From: an uncultured Pseudobdellovibrionaceae bacterium
GTDB lineage: Bacteria > Bdellovibrionota > FAC87 > UBA2466
Length of the DNA stretch: 64,000 nucleotides
NCBI GenBank assembly: GCA_964616705.1
Contig: CAZTRP010000015.1
Location: 1,705 to 65,704 of the forward strand
Direction: 5' to 3'
Shown piece after piece: positions 27,622 through 37,437 of this stretch; within the stretch, counting starts at the first letter, position 1, and each line of letters opens with the position of its first letter. The notes under the pieces were generated by a model. That model worked only from the letters and a program-made list of their open reading frames with translations. It made no database searches and had not been told where the DNA came from. A program made the position numbers and the translations under genes.

Positions 27622-28722
27622 ATGCCTGCTGTACTAGCTGGATTAGCACTGTTTTTTTCTGCACTCTGCACAAACGCCCTAGGCGAAGAACTCACAAAAA
27701 CACTGGAAAAGGTGAAAATTCTCGAAGCTGAAAAGACCGGCTCAAGCGTGGTGACACCGGCTATTGTCATTGAGGGAAAGACTCTCGTCGATTGTGTCGT
27801 ACGAATTCATCCCAACGAGGGGGTCTCCATGAGCATTCCTTCGAGTACACCAAACACTCGATCCTTGAAGCGAGTTTTTGCGGACCCTAAAACTGGGGGA
27901 CTGTTTATCACTGATGAAAAACATCCTGAAGCTGTTGCGGCCGGCGGTTCGACTCGCTACCTAAAAATCAAGGCCCCCGAAAAAACTGCCCCCCTCACTC
28001 TTGTGGAACGAATCGAGAATCTATTTATAAAACAGATGGCGTACTTGCTCATTCAAAGACACAAAGACGACCCCATCACTTCAAAGTTCTTTGATTGGTA
28101 TTTCCCCATTCAGGAAGAAGAAAGTGCCTTTGACCTTGGTAAGGGCGCTCCTAAATTCGTTATTGGTGAGGATCCAAAGACTAAGTTATTCCACTTCATG
28201 GAGAAACCCTCGGATTGGGAAGGCCAGGCCTGCACGGATACCGAGTGCCGCTTCGTTAACCCCAATTTGGGCGAGTTGGTTCTCCCTCATCCTGGAGCCG
28301 CCGACCTCGTGGTAAGCCCCGAAGAGCTTGCAGAGACTTCAGAACTGCACCAGCCTTTGGCTCCCGAAGTTCAAGATGCCAGTGAGCTTGAGGCACAATT
28401 AAGCCAGCTTCCCGCCGACGTCGAAACTGTGTATTTCCTTATTTCACACAAAAACTGCGCGCCATGCCAGGCCATCAAGAGAAACGATCGTGAAGTACAG
28501 GGGCTTTGGACGAAGTTTTGTCGCAAAATTAAAAAATCCAAACGCTTGGCGGCCCTTATGGAAAATGCCTCGATGGAGCCAAAGGCCCTCTCGCCTATCA
28601 TGACTAAATACGGGTGTGTTTTGACGTACCCGCAGATCTTGATATTTCATCGTGATCAAAATGGAGCTTGGGAAGCCCCTCAGGTGGTTCCGTTTCAAAA
28701 GTTCGAGGAAATTCTGCGATAG
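27622..28722 (+). CDS. Secreted protein with C-terminal thioredoxin-like CxxC domain
   Basis: Signal peptide. C-terminal ...ISHKNCAPCQAIK... Upstream WEGQACTDTECRF Cys pair. Paralogue of the CDS at 40879..42048. Confidence 0.55.
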   Translation: MPAVLAGLALFFSALCTNALGEELTKTLEKVKILEAEKTGSSVVTPAIVIEGKTLVDCVVRIHPNEGVSMSIPSSTPNTRSLKRVFADPKTGGLFITDEKHPEAVAAGGSTRYLKIKAPEKTAPLTLVERIENLFIKQMAYLLIQRHKDDPITSKFFDWYFPIQEEESAFDLGKGAPKFVIGEDPKTKLFHFMEKPSDWEGQACTDTECRFVNPNLGELVLPHPGAADLVVSPEELAETSELHQPLAPEVQDASELEAQLSQLPADVETVYFLISHKNCAPCQAIKRNDREVQGLWTKFCRKIKKSKRLAALMENASMEPKALSPIMTKYGCVLTYPQILIFHRDQNGAWEAPQVVPFQKFEEILR

Positions 28723-28768
28723 TTCATCCAGGATTGGCAGAGTCACTCTGCCTTGTTAGCTTCTTGGG

Positions 28769-29839
28769 ATGTCGAAACTCTTTGAACCATTCCACTTAAA
28801 GTCCGTTGTCTTGAAAAATCGTATTGGCGTGTCTCCCATGTGCCAGTACAGCTCGGTAGACGGGGCAGCCAACGACTGGCACCTGGTCCACCTAGGTGGA
28901 TTTGCATTGGGTGGGGCCGCTCTCATCATCATGGAGGCCACCGCCGTGGAGGCGATTGGCCGGATTTCAGCCTCTGACAGTGGGCTGTACTCAGAAAACC
29001 ACGTAGCTCCATTAAAACGCATTACCGAGTTTCTACACGACCATGGCGCTATTGCCGGAATTCAACTTGCGCACGCTGGACGAAAAGCGAGTAGAACACC
29101 TCCCTGGGAAGGCGACTCAAAACTTGAAGTGGCAAAGGGAGGATGGGAACCCGTCGGCCCCTCCGCATTGACCTTTGGCCCAGGGTACGACAAACCCCGT
29201 GAACTTACGATTTCTGAAATTACACACATCGTCGAATGTTTTGGGCAGTCCGCTCGAAGAGCCTTCCTGGCCGGCTTTCGATGGATTGAGATCCACGCGG
29301 CTCATGGCTACTTGATACATTCTTTCTTGTCTCCTGCATCGAATCTACGCACTGATAGCTATGGCGGAAGTTTTGAAAATCGCACTCGGATTTTGCGCGA
29401 AATCATCGAAGCAGTCCAAAGAAACTGGCCGAGTGAACTCCCCCTGACTGTGCGGCTCTCCTGCACCGACTATACAGAAGGTGGTTGGACTTTAGACGAC
29501 TCGATTTCGCTGTCTAAGCAACTCAAAGCATGGGGCGTTGATTTAGTGGACTGTAGTTCGGGAGGAAACGTAAAAGCGGCAAGAATCCCCGTCGGCCCAG
29601 GCTACCAAGTGCCTTTTGCTGAGGCGATTCGCAAAAATGCCGAAATTCCGACGGCAGCAGTGGGAATGATCACCGAAGCACTTCAAGCGGAACAGATAAT
29701 TAAGGAAGGAAAAGCAGACTTAGTTCTGCTCGCCAGGCAAATGCTTCGGGATCCGCATTGGGCGTTTGGGGCAATGAAAACCTTGATTGAAAATCCTACT
29801 GGGTTGATTGTTCCGCAGTACCAACGCTCTTTTTTGTAG
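28769..29839 (+). CDS. NADH:flavin oxidoreductase, Old Yellow Enzyme family
   Basis: FEPFHLKSVVLKNRIGVSPMCQY...HAAHGYL...RLSCTDY motifs of the OYE/NamA family. Confidence 0.85.
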   Translation: MSKLFEPFHLKSVVLKNRIGVSPMCQYSSVDGAANDWHLVHLGGFALGGAALIIMEATAVEAIGRISASDSGLYSENHVAPLKRITEFLHDHGAIAGIQLAHAGRKASRTPPWEGDSKLEVAKGGWEPVGPSALTFGPGYDKPRELTISEITHIVECFGQSARRAFLAGFRWIEIHAAHGYLIHSFLSPASNLRTDSYGGSFENRTRILREIIEAVQRNWPSELPLTVRLSCTDYTEGGWTLDDSISLSKQLKAWGVDLVDCSSGGNVKAARIPVGPGYQVPFAEAIRKNAEIPTAAVGMITEALQAEQIIKEGKADLVLLARQMLRDPHWAFGAMKTLIENPTGLIVPQYQRSFL

Positions 29840-29848
29840 TGAAAACTA

Positions 29849-30043
29849 ATGATGGATTTAAAAGAAAAAGAAAAACTGGCCGAACTGCGCAAGCTGGAGC
29901 GACAGGCCAAGATGCTGATTATTAAAATGGGCCGAATCGAATCGGCGTGGAATAACGTCAGAGAGGAACTAAAAGCGCTTGGGCGCAACGTACCCAATCA
30001 CTTAGGCGATGTCCTTCACGGTTGGCACAAAAAATCTCGCTAA
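29849..30043 (+). CDS. Hypothetical small coiled-coil protein (64 aa)
   Basis: ORF track only. Charged helical composition. Confidence 0.3.
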   Translation: MMDLKEKEKLAELRKLERQAKMLIIKMGRIESAWNNVREELKALGRNVPNHLGDVLHGWHKKSR

Positions 30044-30047
30044 AGAC

Positions 30048-30980
30048 TCATTCGCCTTGGTTCCGCTCAGTTAGCAAAGCCACAATCGCCCGCAGGGTTT
30101 CCGGCGAGCAGCCCTCGAGCCGATTGTTTACATAAACATAGGCCTCAATGCCAAGATTCATTGCTTCCGAAATCAGCATGACTGCTGCCTTTCGTACTCC
30201 ATCTTGAGTCTTGTGAATTCGATCATACGGAGCGAAAGCCTCTACTGCCTCTTGATAGGCCACTCCGGGCTCCAAAAGCAAACGCCCGCAGATAAATGGA
30301 AGACGGTACGGTTTTGCCAATTCAAGCTGTTCCAAAACGCTCGGCATTCTGGTCCAGCTATTAAATACGTGCCCCACTCCATGGTGCTCCAGCATTTGGA
30401 AATACGGGGGCTTTAGCCAATTTGCGTTTCGTAGTTCAATCGCAAAACGAAACTCACCGTGGCTCTTTAACTGAGTGAAAAACTTTCCGGTCCTTTCAAC
30501 AAACTCAGTACCCGATGAGATGGTGCCCGGATAGAACTGGGAAAATTCCAGCACAATAGGAGCAAGGCGCCCGGCAAACCGCTCGAGCGGCTTCAAGAAA
30601 CGTTGCGCGAAGGCGTCGGCGTCGAGAAATTCAGCATTCACAAGGCCCGCTTTTTTGCCGTAACGCTTGTGGGTGGGAAATTTAAAAACGGTAGTATTTT
30701 CAGTGGCTTTCAGCCCAAATCGAAAGGTCTCAGGAGTTTGGGATACGTATTTTTCAAATTGGCGTTCGGTCGGCCAGGTGTAGTAGGTGTGATCGACCCC
30801 AACTGTCGGGAAAGTCTCTGCGTACTCCTCTAAACAAGTTTCGTTGAAACTCTTCTCGCTCTTGTACTCGCGGCGGTAAACCAGGCCTTTCCAGCCGGGG
30901 TACTTCCAGCTCGACGTGCCTAGGTAGATCCTCTTTTTTCGCAAACCCTCAAAATCCAAATCAACACCCCTCTTGCGCAA
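30048..30980 (-). CDS. DUF72-family protein
   Basis: IYLGTSSWKYPGWKG N-terminal motif characteristic of DUF72 (UPF0759). Confidence 0.7.
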   Translation of the reverse strand: MRKRGVDLDFEGLRKKRIYLGTSSWKYPGWKGLVYRREYKSEKSFNETCLEEYAETFPTVGVDHTYYTWPTERQFEKYVSQTPETFRFGLKATENTTVFKFPTHKRYGKKAGLVNAEFLDADAFAQRFLKPLERFAGRLAPIVLEFSQFYPGTISSGTEFVERTGKFFTQLKSHGEFRFAIELRNANWLKPPYFQMLEHHGVGHVFNSWTRMPSVLEQLELAKPYRLPFICGRLLLEPGVAYQEAVEAFAPYDRIHKTQDGVRKAAVMLISEAMNLGIEAYVYVNNRLEGCSPETLRAIVALLTERNQGE

Positions 30981-31008
30981 GGCGTTACGCCCGCTGTAGC
31001 ATAGCCCG

Positions 31009-32265
31009 GTGTACGGTGATTTTTCAAAAGACTCCTGTGTGGTTCAAAAGTACGGCGGAACCAGCGTCGGAAACCCTTTGCGAATTGTCGAAGTGGCTTC
31101 ACGTACCGCCCGGCTTCACCGAGCCGGCTGGAAAAACCTCGCCATAGTCGTAAGCGCCATGGCCGGGGAAACCAACCGGTTGATTGGCCTGCTTAAAGAA
31201 ATCAACCCCAACGGCGACTCCAGAAGCAGAAGTTATGACTTGGCTGTGTCGGCCGGAGAACAGATCAGCGTGGGTCTTGTCGCAGCTGCCCTAGAGGCTC
31301 AAGGGATTCGCGCCCTTCCTCTTTTGGCCTACCAGCTGCAGATTCTAACGGACGAGCGACATGGCCAAGCAAAAATACAATCGATCCGAACCGAACTGAT
31401 CCGTAACGCCTGGAAGGAAGGAGCCATTCCGGTAGTAGCGGGTTTTCAGGGCATTACATCTACCCAAGAAATCACGACTCTTGGGAGAGGCGGAAGCGAT
31501 ACCAGCGCAGTTGCCTTGGCGGCGGCACTCGGCGCCGCTTTCTGCGAGATCAATACAGATGTAGATGGTGTGTTCACCGCAGATCCGCGCTACGTGAAAG
31601 AAGCACGACTAATAGAAGAACTCGACTATGAAACCACTCTGGAACTTGCAGCACTGGGGGGCAAAGTACTCCACAGCCGTTGTGTAGAACTAGCGGCAAA
31701 ACACCATGTCCCTTTGGTGGTGCGCAACACCTTCCAACCCGACGATGCAAGGAGAACTCGGATCATGCGATTTGGAACTGAAAAAACCCTAGAAGCCCCT
31801 GTGGTTTCCGGAATAACTCTAGACGAAGACGTCGCCAAGGTGAGCGTTCACTGGATCCCAAAAAACAATGCCGTGTTGACTCGTATCTTCTCTGCTTTGG
31901 CCGAGAGCGAAATCAACGTCGATATTATTGTCCATGATCGCCATCCAAATGAGCCCACGAGCCAAGTGGGCTTTACTGTTGCACGCCAAGACCTTGCTCG
32001 AGCCGTCAGCGCGCTAAATTCCGAAGAACTCGACTTAGGCAAAGTAGAAATCACCACACGGACAGACCTAGCCAAAGTTTCGGCGGTTGGGCTGGGCATG
32101 AGAAGCCACTCGGGCGTTGCGCTGAGTGTCTTTGATTCGCTCGCAGAGCACGGAATTGAAATTTTAATGGTATCGACTTCCGAAATTAAGATTTCCTGCG
32201 TCGTTCCCCTCGACCAGGGAAAACGGGCTGCGCACTTGCTACACAGTGTCTTTTTCGCTCAGTGA
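31009..32265 (+). CDS. lysC: Aspartate kinase
   Basis: VQKYGGTSVG...AGFQG...GRGGSDTSAVALAAAL, plus two C-terminal ACT-like regions. The true start may be a few codons downstream of 31009. Confidence 0.85.
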   Translation: MYGDFSKDSCVVQKYGGTSVGNPLRIVEVASRTARLHRAGWKNLAIVVSAMAGETNRLIGLLKEINPNGDSRSRSYDLAVSAGEQISVGLVAAALEAQGIRALPLLAYQLQILTDERHGQAKIQSIRTELIRNAWKEGAIPVVAGFQGITSTQEITTLGRGGSDTSAVALAAALGAAFCEINTDVDGVFTADPRYVKEARLIEELDYETTLELAALGGKVLHSRCVELAAKHHVPLVVRNTFQPDDARRTRIMRFGTEKTLEAPVVSGITLDEDVAKVSVHWIPKNNAVLTRIFSALAESEINVDIIVHDRHPNEPTSQVGFTVARQDLARAVSALNSEELDLGKVEITTRTDLAKVSAVGLGMRSHSGVALSVFDSLAEHGIEILMVSTSEIKISCVVPLDQGKRAAHLLHSVFFAQ

Positions 32266-32307
32266 ATCGGGATTGCGTCGGCCCCGAAAGCCTCGTAGAT
32301 TACGGGC

Positions 32308-32943
32308 ATGAGCATTCTGCACGCAATAGTGCTTTGGGCCTCTTCTTCCTACGCAGTCTCTGTATTACCTGAGGCCACTTCCACATCTACTCCTCCAACA
32401 ACCGAGTGGACTTGCATGGCAGACTGCCAGTCTCGCAAGGCGGGTGAAAAACCGACTAGCCAGGCAAAAACGATCGAACAAAAAGGCTCTAGCGACAAAG
32501 AAGCTTTTTCCAATTTAGTAAGCGCATGCCTTCAAACCTTTCCTTCGCAAGAAGGACACGTTACGGGCTTTTCACGCAAAGAAGTTTTCCCGCTCAAAGC
32601 AGGTAAGCTTGAAGATACGTCCCGAGCTCTTGCGATACTCTGCCACAAGGATTCCAATTCCTGCGCAGCAAACTGTGTCGGCCAGGAGAGAAAAACTAAA
32701 AAGGCCGTGGACGTTTTGTTAAAAACAAAAACTTTTGCATCGCTCAGTGAAGCGCTCAGCGATCTTGGGAAGAAATGCCAGAGCCGTCTTGGAAACAAGG
32801 CAAGTACCTCTCTCACCACTGAACATTTTTTCTCTACAAATATTTTCTCAACAAAAGAAGCAGATGAAAACGGTATGGAAACCACCTGGAAAATGGAAGA
32901 TCCCTCTGCGGAACAACTTCTGCTTTTTTGCCACACACCATGA
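32308..32943 (+). CDS. Secreted Cys-containing hypothetical protein
   Basis: Signal-like N-terminus. Multiple Cys residues. No domain recognised. Confidence 0.4.
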   Translation: MSILHAIVLWASSSYAVSVLPEATSTSTPPTTEWTCMADCQSRKAGEKPTSQAKTIEQKGSSDKEAFSNLVSACLQTFPSQEGHVTGFSRKEVFPLKAGKLEDTSRALAILCHKDSNSCAANCVGQERKTKKAVDVLLKTKTFASLSEALSDLGKKCQSRLGNKASTSLTTEHFFSTNIFSTKEADENGMETTWKMEDPSAEQLLLFCHTP

Positions 32944-33878
32944 GCATGGCTAACGGAACCTCTGCAACGAATGTTTGTTTGGGCATTCATGGCGGTACGG
33001 GTGTTTCCCGTTCTCAAATGACTCCTGAGTTCGACAAAGCTATCCGACAGGGACTACTCGAAGCGCTTCAAGCGGGATACTCCGCCCTAAAATCCGGCCG
33101 CGGCACGAGTCTAGACGCGGTGGAGGCCGCTGTCAGATCCCTCGAGAATGCCCCCCAGTTCAATGCCGGCCGAGGTGCTGTATTCAGCCATGAAGGTAAG
33201 AATGAGTTGGATGCCTCAATCATGGAGGGGGCCAGTAAACGCGCCGGTGCAATTACGGGGGTGACTCACATAAAGAACCCCATTTCGGCCGCGCGCTGTG
33301 TAATGGAAAAATCTCCCCACGTTTTCTTGGCTAGCTCGGGAGCCGAAGAATTTGCCAAAACCCAGGCTATTGAAATGGTGGACTCTCAGTATTTTTGGAC
33401 CGACTTTCGCTGGCAGGAACTACAAGAAGCGCTCAAGAATGAAGGATCTTCCTCGCCCCACCAGTGGGGAACGGTCGGCGCCGTCGCTGTAGACTCTTTC
33501 GGTACAGTCGCTGCGGGCACCTCCACAGGGGGAATGACCAATAAACGATTTGGAAGAGTGGGCGATTCTCCCATACTTGGAGCAGGAACCTATGCCGACA
33601 ATCATTCGGGCGCTGTATCTGCCACTGGGCACGGTGAATTCTTTCTTCGCTTTGCAGTGGCCCACGAAATACTTTCTTTGATTAAGTACAAAGGCCTCAG
33701 CGTGTCGGATGCCGCGAGTGAAGTGGTTCAAAACCAATTGCGCACTGCGGGCGGAGAAGGTGCTGTGATTGTTTTGGATCCTGCTGGAAATTTTGCGATG
33801 TCTCGCAATTGTGAGTCGCTCTACCGCGGCTATGTTCAGCAAGATGGCACAATGCGCGTCTTTGTTTTTGACTCCTAA
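32928..33878 (+). CDS. Isoaspartyl peptidase / L-asparaginase (Ntn hydrolase)
   Basis: GTVGAVAVD...GGMTNKRFGRVGDSPILGAGTYA contains the autoprocessing Thr and the glycine-rich motif. Confidence 0.8.
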   Translation: MPHTMSMANGTSATNVCLGIHGGTGVSRSQMTPEFDKAIRQGLLEALQAGYSALKSGRGTSLDAVEAAVRSLENAPQFNAGRGAVFSHEGKNELDASIMEGASKRAGAITGVTHIKNPISAARCVMEKSPHVFLASSGAEEFAKTQAIEMVDSQYFWTDFRWQELQEALKNEGSSSPHQWGTVGAVAVDSFGTVAAGTSTGGMTNKRFGRVGDSPILGAGTYADNHSGAVSATGHGEFFLRFAVAHEILSLIKYKGLSVSDAASEVVQNQLRTAGGEGAVIVLDPAGNFAMSRNCESLYRGYVQQDGTMRVFVFDS

Positions 33879-34573
33879 TGCCGCCCCCAAAGAAAAAACA
33901 CCTTTACTGGCGTTTCGGGTTTGGAGTGGGGTTCCTTCTCCTCGGCGCGGCGATCGCTTGGAGCAAGTACCCGGGAAACTACGATTGGCGCTACCAAGTA
34001 GTCAGCGACCTGATTTCCCCGAAGCGCAATCCGGATGGGTACCGCTGGCTCGGCCTTGCACTGGTCCTTTGCTTTAGCTTCTTATTCCCTCTGTGTAATA
34101 CATTGCGCTCCCGTTTAAACTCCCAGTCTCGAGTGCTTGCTCGCCTGTCGTTTGAATCGCTTCGTTGTGGCATGGTGGCGAGCATTGCTATTGGAGTAGA
34201 GAGAACTTTCTTAGACGGTTTGTCTGCGTTTTTTCCCAAGGGCCACGAAGCCATTGCCTTGGTAGCCTTCGCGGGCCTTTGCATTGGAATTCTTGGATTT
34301 TGGTGGCTCTTAGTGAACGAAAGACTGAAAGACAAGAAACAGAGTACTCTGTTCCTATTCTTGCTCTTTGCGATCTCCACGGCGCCGTTTATCGGGATAG
34401 CCTTCAGCCAAGCCTATCTTTACGTTGTGCCAAACTCTTTGGGCTGGGTCGCTCCGCATTGGGCCGAGTGGGGAGTACCTGTGTACTTGAGCTTTGCATT
34501 TTGGGAATGGCTCTGCGCTGGCGCTCTGTTCACCTACTTGTTTGGACTGATTTGGTGGCTGCCTCGCGCCTAA
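33878..34573 (+). CDS. Polytopic membrane protein, hypothetical
   Basis: Six predicted TM segments. No motif. Confidence 0.5.
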   Translation: MPPPKKKHLYWRFGFGVGFLLLGAAIAWSKYPGNYDWRYQVVSDLISPKRNPDGYRWLGLALVLCFSFLFPLCNTLRSRLNSQSRVLARLSFESLRCGMVASIAIGVERTFLDGLSAFFPKGHEAIALVAFAGLCIGILGFWWLLVNERLKDKKQSTLFLFLLFAISTAPFIGIAFSQAYLYVVPNSLGWVAPHWAEWGVPVYLSFAFWEWLCAGALFTYLFGLIWWLPRA

Positions 34574-36021
34574 TCGAGCGCCACCCAAACAGATTTAACT
34601 TGGCTGTAGAGTTCAATGGCGTGCTGGCCAAGCTCTCTTCCGAAACCGCTTTCTTTGTAACCTCCAAAAGGCGAAGCAGCGTCGAAACAGTTGTAGCAGT
34701 TCACCCAAACTGTCCCAGCCTTAAGCGCTCGCGCCACAGAATGTACCTTGCCGACATCGCGAGTCCACACTCCGGCGGACAAACCGTATCGAGTGTTGTT
34801 GGCGCGAGGAATGATTTCTTCCACCGAATCAAACGTCGTCGCCGCCACAACCGGCCCAAAAATCTCTTCTTTGAATATGGTGAGGTCATCTCGCTTGGAA
34901 TCAAATACTGTCGGTTTTAAGAAATACCCCTTATCAAACGCCGGTGAACCGCCAGTAACGAGCGAAGCACCTTCCCGCTTCCCACACTCGATAAAGCCCA
35001 AAATCTTGTCGAACTGTTCTTTCGAAACTTGCGCGCCCATTTGAGTGGCCGGATTGAGCGGATCTCCGAGTACCAATTTCTCTGAGTATGTTTTTAGTCG
35101 CTCCAAAAACTCGTCATGAATCGCAGATTGAAGAAAGAGCCTGGAGCCTGCGCAACAGACCTCTCCTTGATTGAAAAATATCCCGCGAATGGCGCCCCTT
35201 ACTGCGGCGTCCAGATCTGCATCGGCAAATACGATGTTAGGAGCCTTTCCACCCAACTCTAACGACACCCGTTTCAAGTTGCTTTCAGCGGCCATTTTCA
35301 TAATTAGCTTGCCGACTTCCGTCGAGCCCGTAAAAGCCACTTTGTCGACGTCGCCGTGGGTAGCCAAAGCCGCACCCGCAGTGGGGCCAAAACCAGGAAC
35401 TATGTTCACCACGCCCGGAGGCAAACCTGCCTCAAGCAGCAACTCTCCCAAGCGCAAAGCGCTCAGGGGCGTTTGCTCGGCGGGTTTTAATACGACCGTG
35501 CACCCCATGGCCAAAGCAGGCCCCAACTTCCACGCAGCCATGAGCAGAGGAAAGTTCCACGGAATAATTTGCGCCACCACACCTACGGGCTCGCGAAGCG
35601 TGTAGTTCAAGTAATTTCCATTTACCGGAATCGTTTCGCCCTGAATTTTGTCGGCAAGCCCGCCGTAGTATCGAAATGTTTCAATCGATAAAGGTAAGTC
35701 AACATTGGCTGTTTCAGAGATCGGTTTTCCATTGTTGATGCTCTCAAGCTCCGCCAACTCCTGGCGGTGGGACTCTAAGACATCGGCAATTTTATAGAGC
35801 ACCCTACCGCGCTCTCTTGCGGAACAGCGCGCCCACGGTCCGGACACTAGCGCTTTACGTGCCGCTGCCACCGCCATATCGACATCGGCCTTGTCACCTT
35901 CAGCAACGTAAGCCACCACTTCTTCGGTCGCAGGATTAATCACCGGAAAAGTTTTGCCACTCAGTGCATTTACCCACTCGCCGTGAATCAGAATTCGCGC
36001 TTGAACAGATTTAAGTACCAT
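34570..36021 (-). CDS. NAD(P)-dependent aldehyde dehydrogenase (betaine-aldehyde-DH-like)
   Basis: ELGGKAP (catalytic Glu) and [13 protein letters not shown] (catalytic Cys) motifs. Confidence 0.85.
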   Translation of the reverse strand: MVLKSVQARILIHGEWVNALSGKTFPVINPATEEVVAYVAEGDKADVDMAVAAARKALVSGPWARCSARERGRVLYKIADVLESHRQELAELESINNGKPISETANVDLPLSIETFRYYGGLADKIQGETIPVNGNYLNYTLREPVGVVAQIIPWNFPLLMAAWKLGPALAMGCTVVLKPAEQTPLSALRLGELLLEAGLPPGVVNIVPGFGPTAGAALATHGDVDKVAFTGSTEVGKLIMKMAAESNLKRVSLELGGKAPNIVFADADLDAAVRGAIRGIFFNQGEVCCAGSRLFLQSAIHDEFLERLKTYSEKLVLGDPLNPATQMGAQVSKEQFDKILGFIECGKREGASLVTGGSPAFDKGYFLKPTVFDSKRDDLTIFKEEIFGPVVAATTFDSVEEIIPRANNTRYGLSAGVWTRDVGKVHSVARALKAGTVWVNCYNCFDAASPFGGYKESGFGRELGQHAIELYSQVKSVWVALD

Positions 36022-36109
36022 TGTCTTTCCCCCTCGCCATTCTCGTTCGAAGCTCCCTTAACCCACCTCGTCTTGTCAAATGCGACACGTCATGGCTAAA
36101 ATTTTCACC

Positions 36110-36787
36110 ATGAAGAAATCAGCTTCGTATTTTCTAGTCATTTTGCTTTTGGCTTCTTGTGGATCAACGGGCCCAAAGGAACTCGATCAAACACTTAACA
36201 ACCGTTCCGATGGCGACGGAGAAAAAATTGGATTGCGAGACGACAAAGTCGTCATTCAGAAGAAAATCCACCTTGAAGAGCAGCTTTGGTCCCTAAAGTC
36301 GGAAGTCGACGATCTGCAACGCACTTTATACGGCGCTTCCAAGCAAGAGCCCGGAGGCATTTGGCTGGGGCTAAGCGAGTGCCGTAAACGCCTTGCCGAT
36401 CCTCGGATCGGTGGTTCTGGAAAACCGGAAGCAATGGAAGCTTGGACAAACATTACCAAAAAAGACGAGGCTTTCTTTTACAAGGTCGACAAGAAAACCA
36501 ATAGTTTGATCGGCGTCACCGAAGAGGCACTAGATGAGCGCATCGCGCGCTTCAATACGCACAAACGAGTACTGGATCAGAAGTACGATGAATTAAAAGG
36601 GAAGCTAGACTCTTGCGAAGACAAATACGAGTCAACCTTGGTCCAAAACGGGCTAAACCCCAATGACACAAAGGCCAAGGGAGAATGGGTAGACGGTCCA
36701 AACGGATACAAAGTGTGGACCATGAAAAAAGCGCCCACGAAAGATCCTGAAGAACTCGCAAAGCGAAAAGTAAAAAGCGAAGAGTAG
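36110..36787 (+). CDS. Coiled-coil lipoprotein, hypothetical
   Basis: Start moved to MKKSASYFLVILLLASCGS, which carries a lipobox. Confidence 0.5.
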   Translation: MKKSASYFLVILLLASCGSTGPKELDQTLNNRSDGDGEKIGLRDDKVVIQKKIHLEEQLWSLKSEVDDLQRTLYGASKQEPGGIWLGLSECRKRLADPRIGGSGKPEAMEAWTNITKKDEAFFYKVDKKTNSLIGVTEEALDERIARFNTHKRVLDQKYDELKGKLDSCEDKYESTLVQNGLNPNDTKAKGEWVDGPNGYKVWTMKKAPTKDPEELAKRKVKSEE

Positions 36788-36795
36788 CCGTCTCT

Positions 36796-37356
36796 CTATT
36801 TCAGCGCTTTTTCAAGAATTCTTACAACGTGTAGAACCTTGTCGACGAAAGTGGCCTGGCAGGGAACCGTTATCAAATTGGAGTGACGGGCCCATATTGC
36901 ATGGGTGGCTGCATCAAGCGCCTGCGCCTGTTCCCAGTCTTCGTTGCGTGTAGGGTTCTTCCCCTTATAGCGGTAGTAATCTTTTTGTCCCGCACTTTCC
37001 AAGTAGATCACTTGATCGTAACGGGCTAATTCGGCTTTCTCCGTGGTATCCATCGCCTTGAAAAACGCGTCGGGCCCATCGGGCCAATAGGCTGCGCCGT
37101 CGACCGTACCCCGGTCGAGAACCAGCAATTTACCCGGATAATGCTTGCTGAAAAGGTTCTCGACTTCGACTTGAAGGCGGTAAATAGAGGTTTGGAAGGC
37201 CGCAACCGCATAGGGCTCTGGCCATCGGGGAAATCCGCCTTTCAGCAACATCGAGGCAGATTCAGGGACTATAACGGCTCTATCGAAAAAGGCGCTACTG
37301 AGTAGGCCCCCTATGGTGGTTTTGCCGGCGCAAGGGCCGCCCGTGAGTACTATCTT
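36796..37356 (-). CDS. Stand-alone P-loop NTPase (AAA_28 / NadR-C-terminal-like)
   Basis: MKIVLTGGPCAGKTT Walker A directly at the N-terminus. Start moved to this Met. Confidence 0.55.
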   Translation of the reverse strand, partial: KIVLTGGPCAGKTTIGGLLSSAFFDRAVIVPESASMLLKGGFPRWPEPYAVAAFQTSIYRLQVEVENLFSKHYPGKLLVLDRGTVDGAAYWPDGPDAFFKAMDTTEKAELARYDQVIYLESAGQKDYYRYKGKNPTRNEDWEQAQALDAATHAIWARHSNLITVPCQATFVDKVLHVVRILEKALK

Positions 37357-37437
37357 CATGGCGGGTACGATTCTTACCTGAAACTTGGCATAAACACGAC
37401 TCAAAGTTACGATATACACCTCACGAAAGGACACACC

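Noticed and set aside
35171-35605. 144-aa plus-strand ORF inside the aldehyde dehydrogenase gene
   Set aside because: Antisense shadow ORF of a high-confidence CDS.
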